DNA of 35,797 nucleotides from a virus (Duplodnaviria; Heunggongvirae; Uroviricota; Caudoviricetes): IMG/VR virus record IMGVR_UViG_2563366950_000001; one strand, 5' to 3'. Shown piece by piece: positions 27,548 to 35,797 of this stretch (position 1 is its first letter; each line of letters starts with the position of its first letter). The notes under the pieces were generated by a model. It saw only the letters and a program-made list of their open reading frames with translations, ran no database searches and was not told where the DNA came from. The position numbers and the translations under genes were made by a program.

Positions 27548-27850
27548 ATGAGCGATAAGCAGACTGAAAAGACCATTCAACTGGATACCCCCATCAAGCG
27601 CGGTAAAACAGAAATCACCGAAATTGTGCTGCGTAAACCGCAGTCCGGTGCGCTGCGCGGTACACGCCTGCAGGCCATTATGGATATGGATGTAAACGCG
27701 ATGATGACCGTGATCCCCCGCATCTCCAGTCCGGCACTGACTGCACAGGAAATTGCAGAGATGGACCCGGCAGATCTCACTGCCATGTCGGTTGAGGTTG
27801 TCACTTTTTTGTTGAAGAAGTCGGTGCTTGCCGGTTTACCGACAGCCTGA
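27548..27850 (+). CDS. E: tail assembly chaperone gpE
   Basis: 100 aa upstream of the tape-measure gene. Confidence 0.88.
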   Translation: MSDKQTEKTIQLDTPIKRGKTEITEIVLRKPQSGALRGTRLQAIMDMDVNAMMTVIPRISSPALTAQEIAEMDPADLTAMSVEVVTFLLKKSVLAGLPTA

Positions 27851-27984
27851 CGGTTGACGATCTGGTGGCAGATATCGCCACCATTTTTCACTGGCCGCCA
27901 TCCGTTACTGACGTTATGCCGCTGACCGAAGTGCTGGAATGGCGGTATAAAGCGATTCAGAGAAGCGGGGCCAACGATGAGTGA
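27548..27984 (+). CDS. E': gpE+E' fusion made by programmed -1 ribosomal frameshift at T_TTT_TTG (27805-27811)
   Basis: Slippery heptamer TTTTTTG near the 3' end of E. The -1 frame stays open from 27811 to a TGA at 27982-27984, just past the T start codon. Same architecture as the P2 E/E' chaperone pair. Confidence 0.7.
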
Positions 27985-30900
27985 TAACAACCTGCGTCTG
28001 CAGGTCATTCTTAATGCGGTTGACAAGCTCACCCGCCCATTTCGATCTGCGCAGGCCAGTTCAAGAGAACTGGCTGCTGCTGTCAAAAAATCCCGCGATG
28101 CAATAAAGCAGCTTGATCAGGCCGGGAGCAGTCTGGACAGCTTCCGAAAGCTGCAGGCAGAAAATCAGAAATTAGGCGACAGGCTGAACTATGCCCGCCA
28201 GCGTGCAAATTTGCTCAGTCAGGAACTGGGAGCGATGGGGCCGCCTTCGCAACGTCAGGTTGTTGCTCTGGGCCGTCAACGGCTGGCTGTTCAGCGCCTG
28301 GAAGAACGCCAGAAAAAGCTGCAGCAGCAGACGGCGCTTGTGCGTGCTGAACTGTACCGGGCGGGAATTTCTGCGAAAGACGATGCGGGAGCAACTGCCC
28401 GTTTAGCCCGTGAAACATCACGTTATAACCAGGAACTTTCGAAACAGGAGGCGCGGCTGAAGCGACTGGGGGAAGCTCAGCGCAGGATGAATGCAGCGCG
28501 TGCCAGTTATGCCCGTTCGCTGGAGGTGCGTGATCGTATTGCAGGTGCCGGAGCCACCACCACGGCTGCAGGGCTGGCAATGGGTGCGCCAGTGATGGCG
28601 GCAGTAAAAAGCTATACCAGCATGGAAGATGCCATGAAAGGTGTGGCAAAGCAGGTCAATGGTCTGCGTGACGATAATGGCAACCGCACTGCACGTTTTT
28701 ATGAAATGCAGGATGCCATCAAGGCTGCCAGCGAACAGTTGCCGATGGAAAACGGTGCGGTGGACTTCGCTGCACTGGTTGAAGGTGGTGCGCGCATGAA
28801 CGTCGCAAACCCTGACGACAGCTGGGAAGATCAGAAACGTGACCTGCTGGCCTTCGCCAGTACGGCAGCAAAGGCGGCAACAGCCTTTGAGCTGCCAGCG
28901 GATGAACTGTCAGAAAGTCTGGGGAAAATCGCCCAGCTCTACAAAATCCCCACCCGCAATATTGAACAGCTCGGTGATGCGCTGAACTATCTGGATGATA
29001 ACGCCATGTCGAAAGGGGCAGACATCATTGATGTGATGCAACGTCTGGGCGGTGTGGCTGACCGTCTGGATTATCGTAAAGCGGCGGCGCTGGGTTCCAC
29101 CTTCCTGACACTGGGCGCTGCGCCAGAGGTTGCAGCCAGTGCAGCAAACGCGATGGTGCGTGAATTGTCCATTGCCACCATGCAAAGCAAGAGTTTCTTT
29201 GAAGGGATGAATCTGCTGAAACTCAATCCTGAAGTGATTGAAAAGCAGATGACGAAGGATGCGATGGGAACCATCCAGCGCGTGCTGGAGAAGGTAAACG
29301 CGCTGCCGCAGGACAAGCGCCTGTCTGCCATGACTATGTTGTTTGGTAAAGAGTTTGGCGATGACGCGGCGAAACTGGCAAACAACCTGCCGGAACTGCA
29401 GCGTCAGTTAAAACTGACAGCGGGCAATGATGCGCTCGGCTCCATGCAGAAAGAATCCGACATTAACAAGGATTCACTTTCTGCGCAGTGGTTGCTGGTC
29501 AAAACCGGAGCGCAGAACACCTTCAGCAGCCTGGGCGAAACGCTGCGCCAGCCGCTGATGGATATTCTGTACACGGTGAAAAGCGTCACGGGGGCGTTGC
29601 GTCGCTGGGTGGAAGCTAACCCGGAACTGACAGGCACACTGATGAAAGCATCGGCTGTTGTGGCTGCGGTTACCGTCGGCCTCGGCACCTTAGCGGTGGC
29701 GCTGGCTGCAGTGCTGGGGCCGCTGGCAGTGATCTGTCTGGGATTCTCTGTGTTGGGTATCAAAACGTTATCTTCCGTTACGGCAGCAGTAACTCGAACC
29801 AGCAGCGCGTTGTCCTGGCTGGCTGGCGCACCACTTGCACTGCTGCGACGCGGGCTTGCTTCATCGGGTAACGCAGCGGGTTTACTTACTGCGCCGTTGT
29901 CGTCTTTGCGCCGCACGGCATCACTGACAGGAAATGTCCTGAAAACTGTAGCAGGTGCGCCGGTTGCACTGTTCCGGTCTGGATTATCCGGTTTACGTGC
30001 TGTTGCTGTGATGTTTCTGAATCCACTTGCAGCACTACGCGGCGGGCTGACTGCCGCAGGCTCGGTGCTGCGAGTGCTGGCATCCGGTCCGCTGGCGATG
30101 CTGCGCGTTATCCTGTATGCCGTGTCTGGTCTGTTAGGTGCTCTGCTCAGCCCGATAGGTCTTGTGGTGACTGCACTGGCGGGCGTGGCGCTGGTTGTCT
30201 GGAAATACTGGCAACCCATCACCGCATTTCTCGGTGGCGTGGTGGAAGGATTCAAAGCGGCGGCAGGTCCCATCAGTGCAGCGTTCGAACCGCTTAAGCC
30301 CGTGTTCCAGTGGATTGGCGACAAAGTGCAGGCGCTGTGGGGCTGGTTTACTGATCTGCTGACGCCCGTTAAGTCGACCTCTGCCGAACTGCAGAGCGCA
30401 GCGGCAATGGGGCGGCGATTCGGGGAGGCACTGGCGGAAGGGCTGAATATGGTCATGCATCCGCTGGACTCCCTGAAATCCGGCGTTTCTTGGTTGCTGG
30501 AGAAGCTCGGCATTGTCAGTAAAGAGGCCGCAAAGGCAAAACTGCCGGAAAGCGTGACGCGTCAGCAACCTGCGAAGGTGAATGCAGACGGTAAAGTGAT
30601 GATGCCATCGGGTGGTTTTCCATCATGGGGATATGGCTTTGCGGGGATGTATGACAGCGGCGGGTATATCCCGCGCGGGCAGTTTGGCATCGTCGGTGAA
30701 AACGGGCCGGAAATTGTTAACGGCCCGGCAAATGTGACCAGCCGGAGAAATACAGCTGCACTGGCTGCCGTTGTTGCCGGAATGATGGGCGTTGCTGCCG
30801 CGCCAGCAGAGCTTCCACCGTTGCACCCTTTGGCACTTCCCGCGAAAGGTGGAGAAGTAATTGTGAGTCGCGCAGCCACTGTGCCGCTCGTTCAACGGAT

Positions 30901-31054
30901 TGAGGCACCGACGCAGATCATCATTCAGACGCAGCCAGGACAAAGTGCGCAGGATATTGCGCGGGAGGTGGCACGCCAGCTTGATGAACGTGAACGCAGG
31001 CTGAAGGCAAAAGCCAGGAGTAACTACAGCGATCAGGGGGGATACGACGCATGA
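27977..31054 (+). CDS. T: tail tape-measure protein gpT
   Basis: 1025 aa, Ala/Leu-rich with long helical and hydrophobic segments; follows E/E'. Confidence 0.93.
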   Translation: MSDNNLRLQVILNAVDKLTRPFRSAQASSRELAAAVKKSRDAIKQLDQAGSSLDSFRKLQAENQKLGDRLNYARQRANLLSQELGAMGPPSQRQVVALGRQRLAVQRLEERQKKLQQQTALVRAELYRAGISAKDDAGATARLARETSRYNQELSKQEARLKRLGEAQRRMNAARASYARSLEVRDRIAGAGATTTAAGLAMGAPVMAAVKSYTSMEDAMKGVAKQVNGLRDDNGNRTARFYEMQDAIKAASEQLPMENGAVDFAALVEGGARMNVANPDDSWEDQKRDLLAFASTAAKAATAFELPADELSESLGKIAQLYKIPTRNIEQLGDALNYLDDNAMSKGADIIDVMQRLGGVADRLDYRKAAALGSTFLTLGAAPEVAASAANAMVRELSIATMQSKSFFEGMNLLKLNPEVIEKQMTKDAMGTIQRVLEKVNALPQDKRLSAMTMLFGKEFGDDAAKLANNLPELQRQLKLTAGNDALGSMQKESDINKDSLSAQWLLVKTGAQNTFSSLGETLRQPLMDILYTVKSVTGALRRWVEANPELTGTLMKASAVVAAVTVGLGTLAVALAAVLGPLAVICLGFSVLGIKTLSSVTAAVTRTSSALSWLAGAPLALLRRGLASSGNAAGLLTAPLSSLRRTASLTGNVLKTVAGAPVALFRSGLSGLRAVAVMFLNPLAALRGGLTAAGSVLRVLASGPLAMLRVILYAVSGLLGALLSPIGLVVTALAGVALVVWKYWQPITAFLGGVVEGFKAAAGPISAAFEPLKPVFQWIGDKVQALWGWFTDLLTPVKSTSAELQSAAAMGRRFGEALAEGLNMVMHPLDSLKSGVSWLLEKLGIVSKEAAKAKLPESVTRQQPAKVNADGKVMMPSGGFPSWGYGFAGMYDSGGYIPRGQFGIVGENGPEIVNGPANVTSRRNTAALAAVVAGMMGVAAAPAELPPLHPLALPAKGGEVIVSRAATVPLVQRIEAPTQIIIQTQPGQSAQDIAREVARQLDERERRLKAKARSNYSDQGGYDA

Positions 31055-31536
31055 TGATGGTGCTGGGATTGTACGTGTTTATGCTGCGCACCGTTCCGTA
31101 TCAGGAACTGCAGTATCAACGCAGCTGGCGACATGCGGCAAACAGTCGGGTAAACCGACGTCCGTCCACGCAGTTTCTGGGACCGGACAACGACATGCTG
31201 ACGCTTTCTGGTGTTCTTATGCCGGAGATAACAGGTGGCAGGCTGTCGTTGCTGGCACTTGAGCAGATGGCAGAACAGGGGAAAGCATGGCCCCTGATTG
31301 AAGGCAGCGGCACAATTTATGGCATGTATGTGATTGAGGGACTGAATCAGACTAAAACGGAGTTTTTCCGCGACGGTATGCCGCGCCGGATTGAGTTCAC
31401 TCTGTCGCTCAAACGGGTGGATGAATCCCTGTCCGAGATGTTCGGTGATCTCCGTTCGCAGCTGAATAATCTGCAGGACACGGCAACGTCTGCCTTAAGC
31501 GATATCAGTAAAACGGTGGGAGGGCTGCTGCCGTGA
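31051..31536 (+). CDS. U: tail protein gpU
   Basis: 161 aa; overlaps the T stop. Confidence 0.9.
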   Translation: MMMVLGLYVFMLRTVPYQELQYQRSWRHAANSRVNRRPSTQFLGPDNDMLTLSGVLMPEITGGRLSLLALEQMAEQGKAWPLIEGSGTIYGMYVIEGLNQTKTEFFRDGMPRRIEFTLSLKRVDESLSEMFGDLRSQLNNLQDTATSALSDISKTVGGLLP

Positions 31537-32633
31537 ATTTCAGCTCTGAACTGCTTAACAAAGGCAACAAAACTCCGGCATTCAGCATCAGTATTGAGGG
31601 CAGGGATATCACTACTGTGCTGGATAACAGCCTGATGAGTCTGACGCTGACGGACAATCGGGGCTTTGAAGCAGACCAGCTTGATCTGGAGCTGGACGAC
31701 GCCGACGGAAAAATCGTGCTGCCGCGCCGTGGTGCGGTCATTACGCTGGCGCTGGGTTGGAAGGGGCAGCCGCTTTTCCCTAAAGGGGCATTCACGGTGG
31801 ACGAGATTGAACATACTGGCGCACCGGACCGCCTGACTATCCGGGCGCGAAGTGCTGATTTTCGTGAAACGCTGAATATCCGCCGTGAAAAGTCGTGGCA
31901 CAAGACCACCGTTGGGGAAGTGGTGAAGGAAATAGCTGCGCGGCACAAACTGAAGATGGCATTGGGTGAAGACCTGTCGGATAAACCTGTGGAGCATATA
32001 GACCAGACCAATGAGAGTGACGGCAGTTTTCTGATGCGGCTGGCGCGCCAGTACGGTGCTATTGCGTCGGTGAAAAATGGCAATCTGTTATTCATCCGGC
32101 AGGGACAGGGTAAAAGCGCCAGCGGTAAACCACTACCGATTATCACTATCACACGTAAGGACGGCGACAGTCACCGCTTTACCCTGGCAGATCGCGGAGC
32201 CTACACGGGCGTAATTGCCAGCTGGTTGCATACCCGCGAACCCGCGAAGAAAGAAAGCACCACGGTGAAGCGTAAGCGCAGGACTAAGAAGCAGAAGAAA
32301 GAGCCGGAAGCGAAGCAGGGCGATTACCTGGTGGGTACAGATGAAAACGTGCTGGTACTTAATCGCACCTATGCCAACCGGAGCAACGCCGAACGGGCGG
32401 CGAAAATGCAGTGGGAACGCCTGCAACGTGGCGTTGCGTCATTCTCGCTACAACTGGCAGAAGGTCGGGCGGATCTCTACACGGAAATGCCAGTGAAAGT
32501 CAGAGGCTTTAAACAGCCGATAGATGATGCGGAATGGACTATTACCACCCTGACGCATACTGTCAATCCGGATAACGGTTTTACGACCAGTCTGGAGCTT
32601 GAAGTGAAGATTAATGATTTCGAAATGGAATGA
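31533..32633 (+). CDS. D: late tail protein gpD
   Basis: 366 aa; overlaps the U stop. Confidence 0.9.
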   Translation: MNFSSELLNKGNKTPAFSISIEGRDITTVLDNSLMSLTLTDNRGFEADQLDLELDDADGKIVLPRRGAVITLALGWKGQPLFPKGAFTVDEIEHTGAPDRLTIRARSADFRETLNIRREKSWHKTTVGEVVKEIAARHKLKMALGEDLSDKPVEHIDQTNESDGSFLMRLARQYGAIASVKNGNLLFIRQGQGKSASGKPLPIITITRKDGDSHRFTLADRGAYTGVIASWLHTREPAKKESTTVKRKRRTKKQKKEPEAKQGDYLVGTDENVLVLNRTYANRSNAERAAKMQWERLQRGVASFSLQLAEGRADLYTEMPVKVRGFKQPIDDAEWTITTLTHTVNPDNGFTTSLELEVKINDFEME

Positions 32634-32723
32634 TTCTTCGTAATAGAGAACTTTTAAGTTTTCAAAATGGAATAATGCGGTATCATTATTGTGAATTTAG
32701 CAAAAATGGGGAGAACTCGAAAA

Positions 32724-32942
32724 ATGATGATTTGCCCACTGTGTGGAAGTGCCGCCCATACTCGCAGCAGTTTTCAGGTATCTTCATTGACCAAAGAGCG
32801 TTACAACCAGTGCCAGAACATTAACTGCAGCCATACTTTTGTTACCCATGAAACTTTTGTTCGTTCGATTGCAACGCCAAAAGAGTCAAATCCGGTTCAG
32901 CCGCATCCAATGAAATCAGGACAGGTGGCGCTCTCTCTTTGA
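32724..32942 (+). CDS. ogr: Ogr late-gene transcriptional activator (C4 zinc finger)
   Basis: Start at the ATG at 32724 after GGGGAGA. Product MMICPLCGSAAHTRSS...CQNINCSHTFVTHE has the CxxC...CxxxxC pattern and resembles recalled P2 Ogr. Confidence 0.85.
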   Translation: MMICPLCGSAAHTRSSFQVSSLTKERYNQCQNINCSHTFVTHETFVRSIATPKESNPVQPHPMKSGQVALSL

Positions 32943-33022
32943 CTCTGCCGCCAATTTGTCGCCATCGTTAAAAAACAGTGCTTCTAACATCATGATTTTA
33001 AACGGCATAAATTTCAGGCAAC

Positions 33023-33065
33023 AAAAAACCCATCAACCTTGAACCGAAATGGCGGGGTTGATGGG
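33023..33065 (-). terminator. rho-independent terminator (minus strand) downstream of the transporter gene
   Basis: Inverted repeat CCCATCAACC / GGTTGATGGG with an A6 run on the plus strand 5' side, which reads as a T-run after the hairpin on the minus strand. Confidence 0.5.
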
Positions 33066-33177
33066 CTCCACAAAATGGGGACATCAAAGAAAAGCAGTGG
33101 CACTAATTAAGACTGATGCCCTGCGGAAAAGTTCTGCGGTTGTGCAAAAAAATTTCATTTTCAGGGCAACTTCAGTT

Positions 33178-34863
33178 TTATCCTAATCCTGGCCATACCA
33201 TGACGATGATTGTCCCTGCCAGCGTCAGCAGGACGTTGGCGATTGCATAGGTGCCCGCATAGCCCAGCGCCGGGATGTTACTGCGAGCTGTATCACTGAT
33301 GATCTCCATTGCCGGCGCGCAGGTGCGTGCGCCCATCATTGCGCCGAACAACAGTGCGCGGTTCATTCGCAATACATAAGCACCGAACAAGAAACAGATA
33401 ACCACTGGCACAAGACTGACAATCAATCCGGCAATCAACATCTGACCGCCAATCGCGCCCAGGCCGTTATTAATACCGCTACCGGCGCTCAGACCAACGC
33501 CTGCCATAAACACCATTAAGCCGAACTCTTTCACCATGCTTAATGCACCCTGCGGAATGTAACCGAAGGTCGGGTGGTTAGCGCGCATAAATCCCAGCAT
33601 AATTCCGGCGAATAACAACCCGGCAGCGTTCCCCATGCCGAAACTGAATGTGCTGAACTGGAAGGTGATCATCCCGATCATCAGCCCAATAACAAAGAAG
33701 GCGCAGAATGCCAGCAAGTCAGTGACCTGGCTGTGAATCGAGATAAAGCCGATGCGATCGGCGATGGTTTTTACGCGACGGGCATCGCCGCTGACTTGTA
33801 AAACGTCACCTTTGTTAAGCACGACGTTGTCATCTATCGGCATCTCAATCTGGCTACGAATGACGCGGTTAAGGAAGCAACCGTGATCGGTCAACTTCAG
33901 TTGTGCGAGACGTTTGCCCACGGCGTTATGGTTTTTAACGACCACTTCTTCAGTGACGATACGCATGTCGAGAAGGTCACGATCGAAAACTTCTTTGCCG
34001 TTACGGAAGCTGGGATCGAGTCGTGCGTGGGCGTCGGGATAGCCTACCAACGCTATTTCATCTCCCATTTGTAGCACAGCATCACCGTCTGGATTCGCCA
34101 GAATCCCGTTACGTCGAATACGTTCAATGTAGCAGCCAGTTTGTCGATAAATACCCAGTTCACGCAGATTTTTGCCGTCGGTCCAGGCCACCAGCTCCGG
34201 GCCGACGCGGTAGGCGCGGATCACCGGTAAATAAACCTTACGGTTGGCATCAGTGTCCAGGCCACGTTCGCGGGCGATTTGCTGGGCGCTGGTCTGTAAG
34301 TCCTGATGCTGCAATTTCGGCAAGTAACGCGCACCAACAATCAAACTCACCAGACCGATTAAATAGGTTAAGGCATACCCGAGGCTCAGATTATCCAGTG
34401 CCAGTGAGAGCTGCCTGCTTTCCATGCCGGAATGACGCAGTGTATCGCCAGCACCGACCAGAACCGGTGTCGACGTCATAGAGCCAGCTAACATACCGGC
34501 CGTCAGGCCAATATCCCAGCCAAACAGCTTACCTAACCCTAAGGCGATCACCAGCGCACTGCCAACCATCACCAGTGCTAACATTAGGTAATTTTTCCCA
34601 TCGCGAAAAAAAATGGAAAAAAAGTTCGGTCCGGCTTCGACCCCGACGCAGAAAATAAACAGCATAAAGCCAAGATTAAGCGCGTCGGTGTTAATGCTGA
34701 AATGTTGTTGGCCTAATAACAGCGATACGACTAAAACGCCAATGGAATTACCCAGTTGGATCGAACCAAGTCGTAATTTCCCGAGACATAGCCCAAGCGC
34801 GAGGACCACAAATAATAACAGAATGTAATTCCCATTTAACAATTCGGCGACGTTTATATTCAC
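33178..34863 (-). CDS. ybjL: putative transport protein YbjL (AAE/YidE-YbjL family, two TrkA-C-like domains)
   Basis: 561-aa polytopic membrane protein; recognised as E. coli YbjL from sequence and from the neighbouring ybjM and grxA. Confidence 0.9.
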
Positions 34864-35132
34864 GGAGGCTAACTTCTTGTTTACTAGTAAGCTGTTGAAA
34901 GAAATGGTAATTTACGATAATGTTTTTTACCAGAATTCAGGGCGCAGATTCATTCAGCGCACCTAAACGATAGTAAAGTAACAATATATTTTACTAGTGT
35001 AATCACATTAGGTATCAACGGCTATATGAATTGCGTTGGCCTATATTAGCATGGAATGCGAAGCGGCTTTATCTTACTGAACGCCACACTGGCGAAAAAT
35101 GTGTTCGATAGACGCAGTGTCAGGAGGAACGA

Positions 35133-35510
35133 GTGAAACATAAACAACGTTGGGCGGGGGCAATCTGCTGTTTTGTCCTCTTCATTGTGGTGTGTCTTTT
35201 TCTGGCGACGCACATGAAAGGCGCTTTTCGGGCTGCCGGGCATCCTGAAATCGGTTTGCTATTTTTCATTCTTCCTGGTGCAGTTGCCAGCTTCTTTTCA
35301 CATCGTAGAGAAGTCCTGAAACCTCTGTTTGGCGCAATGCTGGCGGCACCCTGTTCGATGCTCATTATGCGGCTGTTTTTTTCACCGACGCGCTCATTCT
35401 GGCAAGAGCTGGCATGGTTATTAAGTGCGGTGTTCTGGTGTGCGCTGGGGGCATTGTGTTTCTTATTTATCAGTAGTTTGTTTAAACCACAGCACAGAAA
35501 AAATCAATAA
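35133..35510 (+). CDS. ybjM: inner membrane protein YbjM
   Basis: 125-aa hydrophobic protein between ybjL and grxA. Confidence 0.85.
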   Translation: MKHKQRWAGAICCFVLFIVVCLFLATHMKGAFRAAGHPEIGLLFFILPGAVASFFSHRREVLKPLFGAMLAAPCSMLIMRLFFSPTRSFWQELAWLLSAVFWCALGALCFLFISSLFKPQHRKNQ

Positions 35511-35529
35511 AGCCCTCAACGCGAGGGCT
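35497..35529 (-). terminator. rho-independent terminator for grxA (possibly bidirectional with ybjM)
   Basis: AGCCCTC-aacgc-GAGGGCT hairpin; on the minus strand it is followed by a T-rich tract (plus-strand AAAAAATCAATAAA). Confidence 0.45.
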
Positions 35530-35539
35530 TGTCAGACGA

Positions 35540-35797
35540 TCAGGCGTCCAGATTCTCTTTCACCCATGCAGCAAAATCGGTATAGCCGCCGATATGTTGC
35601 TGATCGACAAAAATCTGCGGCACGGTTTCTACGGGTTTACCTGCCTTTTGTTGTAGATCTTCTTTAGTGATCCCTTCCGCACGAATATCTACATACTGAT
35701 ACTGGAAATCATCGCGCTCATTGCTCAATTTCTCGGCCAGATCTTTGGCACGCACACAGTAAGGGCAACCCGGACGACCAAAAATAACGGTTTGCAT
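35540..35797 (-). CDS. grxA: glutaredoxin 1
   Basis: 85 aa with CPYC active site (MQTVIFGRPGCPYCVRAKDLAEKL...); start codon at the window end. Confidence 0.93.
   Translation of the reverse strand: MQTVIFGRPGCPYCVRAKDLAEKLSNERDDFQYQYVDIRAEGITKEDLQQKAGKPVETVPQIFVDQQHIGGYTDFAAWVKENLDA

Noticed and set aside
29404-30513. 369-aa minus-strand ORF (plus several shorter ones) inside the tape-measure gene
   Set aside because: Antisense to gpT, Ala/Ser/Pro-rich low-complexity translation; a known artefact of the GC-rich, repeat-like tape-measure sequence.
1-35797. CRISPR arrays, tRNA or rRNA genes, insertion sequences
   Set aside because: No regularly spaced short direct repeats, no cloverleaf-type sequence next to the integrase or in the junction region, and no transposase-like ORF or terminal inverted repeats were seen by eye. 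A dedicated search (tRNAscan, CRISPR finder) could still find something I missed.

Overview
The window is almost entirely one P2/186-family (peduovirus-like) prophage in an Escherichia-type chromosome. It runs from the integrase stop codon at position 1 (attL lies outside the window) to the late activator ogr at 32942. Host genes follow: a YbjL-type transporter, ybjM and grxA. The gene order is the canonical one: int, CI-type repressor, a divergent early operon (Apl/Cox-like, CII, small ORFs, TraR/DksA zinc finger, Dam methylase, replication gene A), a variable region containing a probable cos site, then the late genes Q P / O N M L X, the lysis cassette, R S V W J I H G, a reverse-strand cargo gene, FI FII E(+E') T U D and ogr. 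The switch is 186-like (CI, CII, and an SOS box in front of a DinI-family gene); the late region is P2-like. Three places carry visibly AT-rich genes that are not part of the conserved backbone, and these are the best candidates for undescribed accessory or defence functions. (1) 1119-3029: a membrane/coiled-coil protein coupled downstream of the repressor, in a cI-rex-like arrangement. (2) 8994-11354: a small protein plus a 3-TM protein, then a protein with a HEPN-like Rx4H motif, on either side of the probable cos site. (3) 24551-25582: an acyltransferase-3 family membrane protein between tail-fibre and sheath genes. All assignments rest on reading the supplied translations, recalled family features and sequence motifs; no database search or computation was run, and composition statements are by eye.
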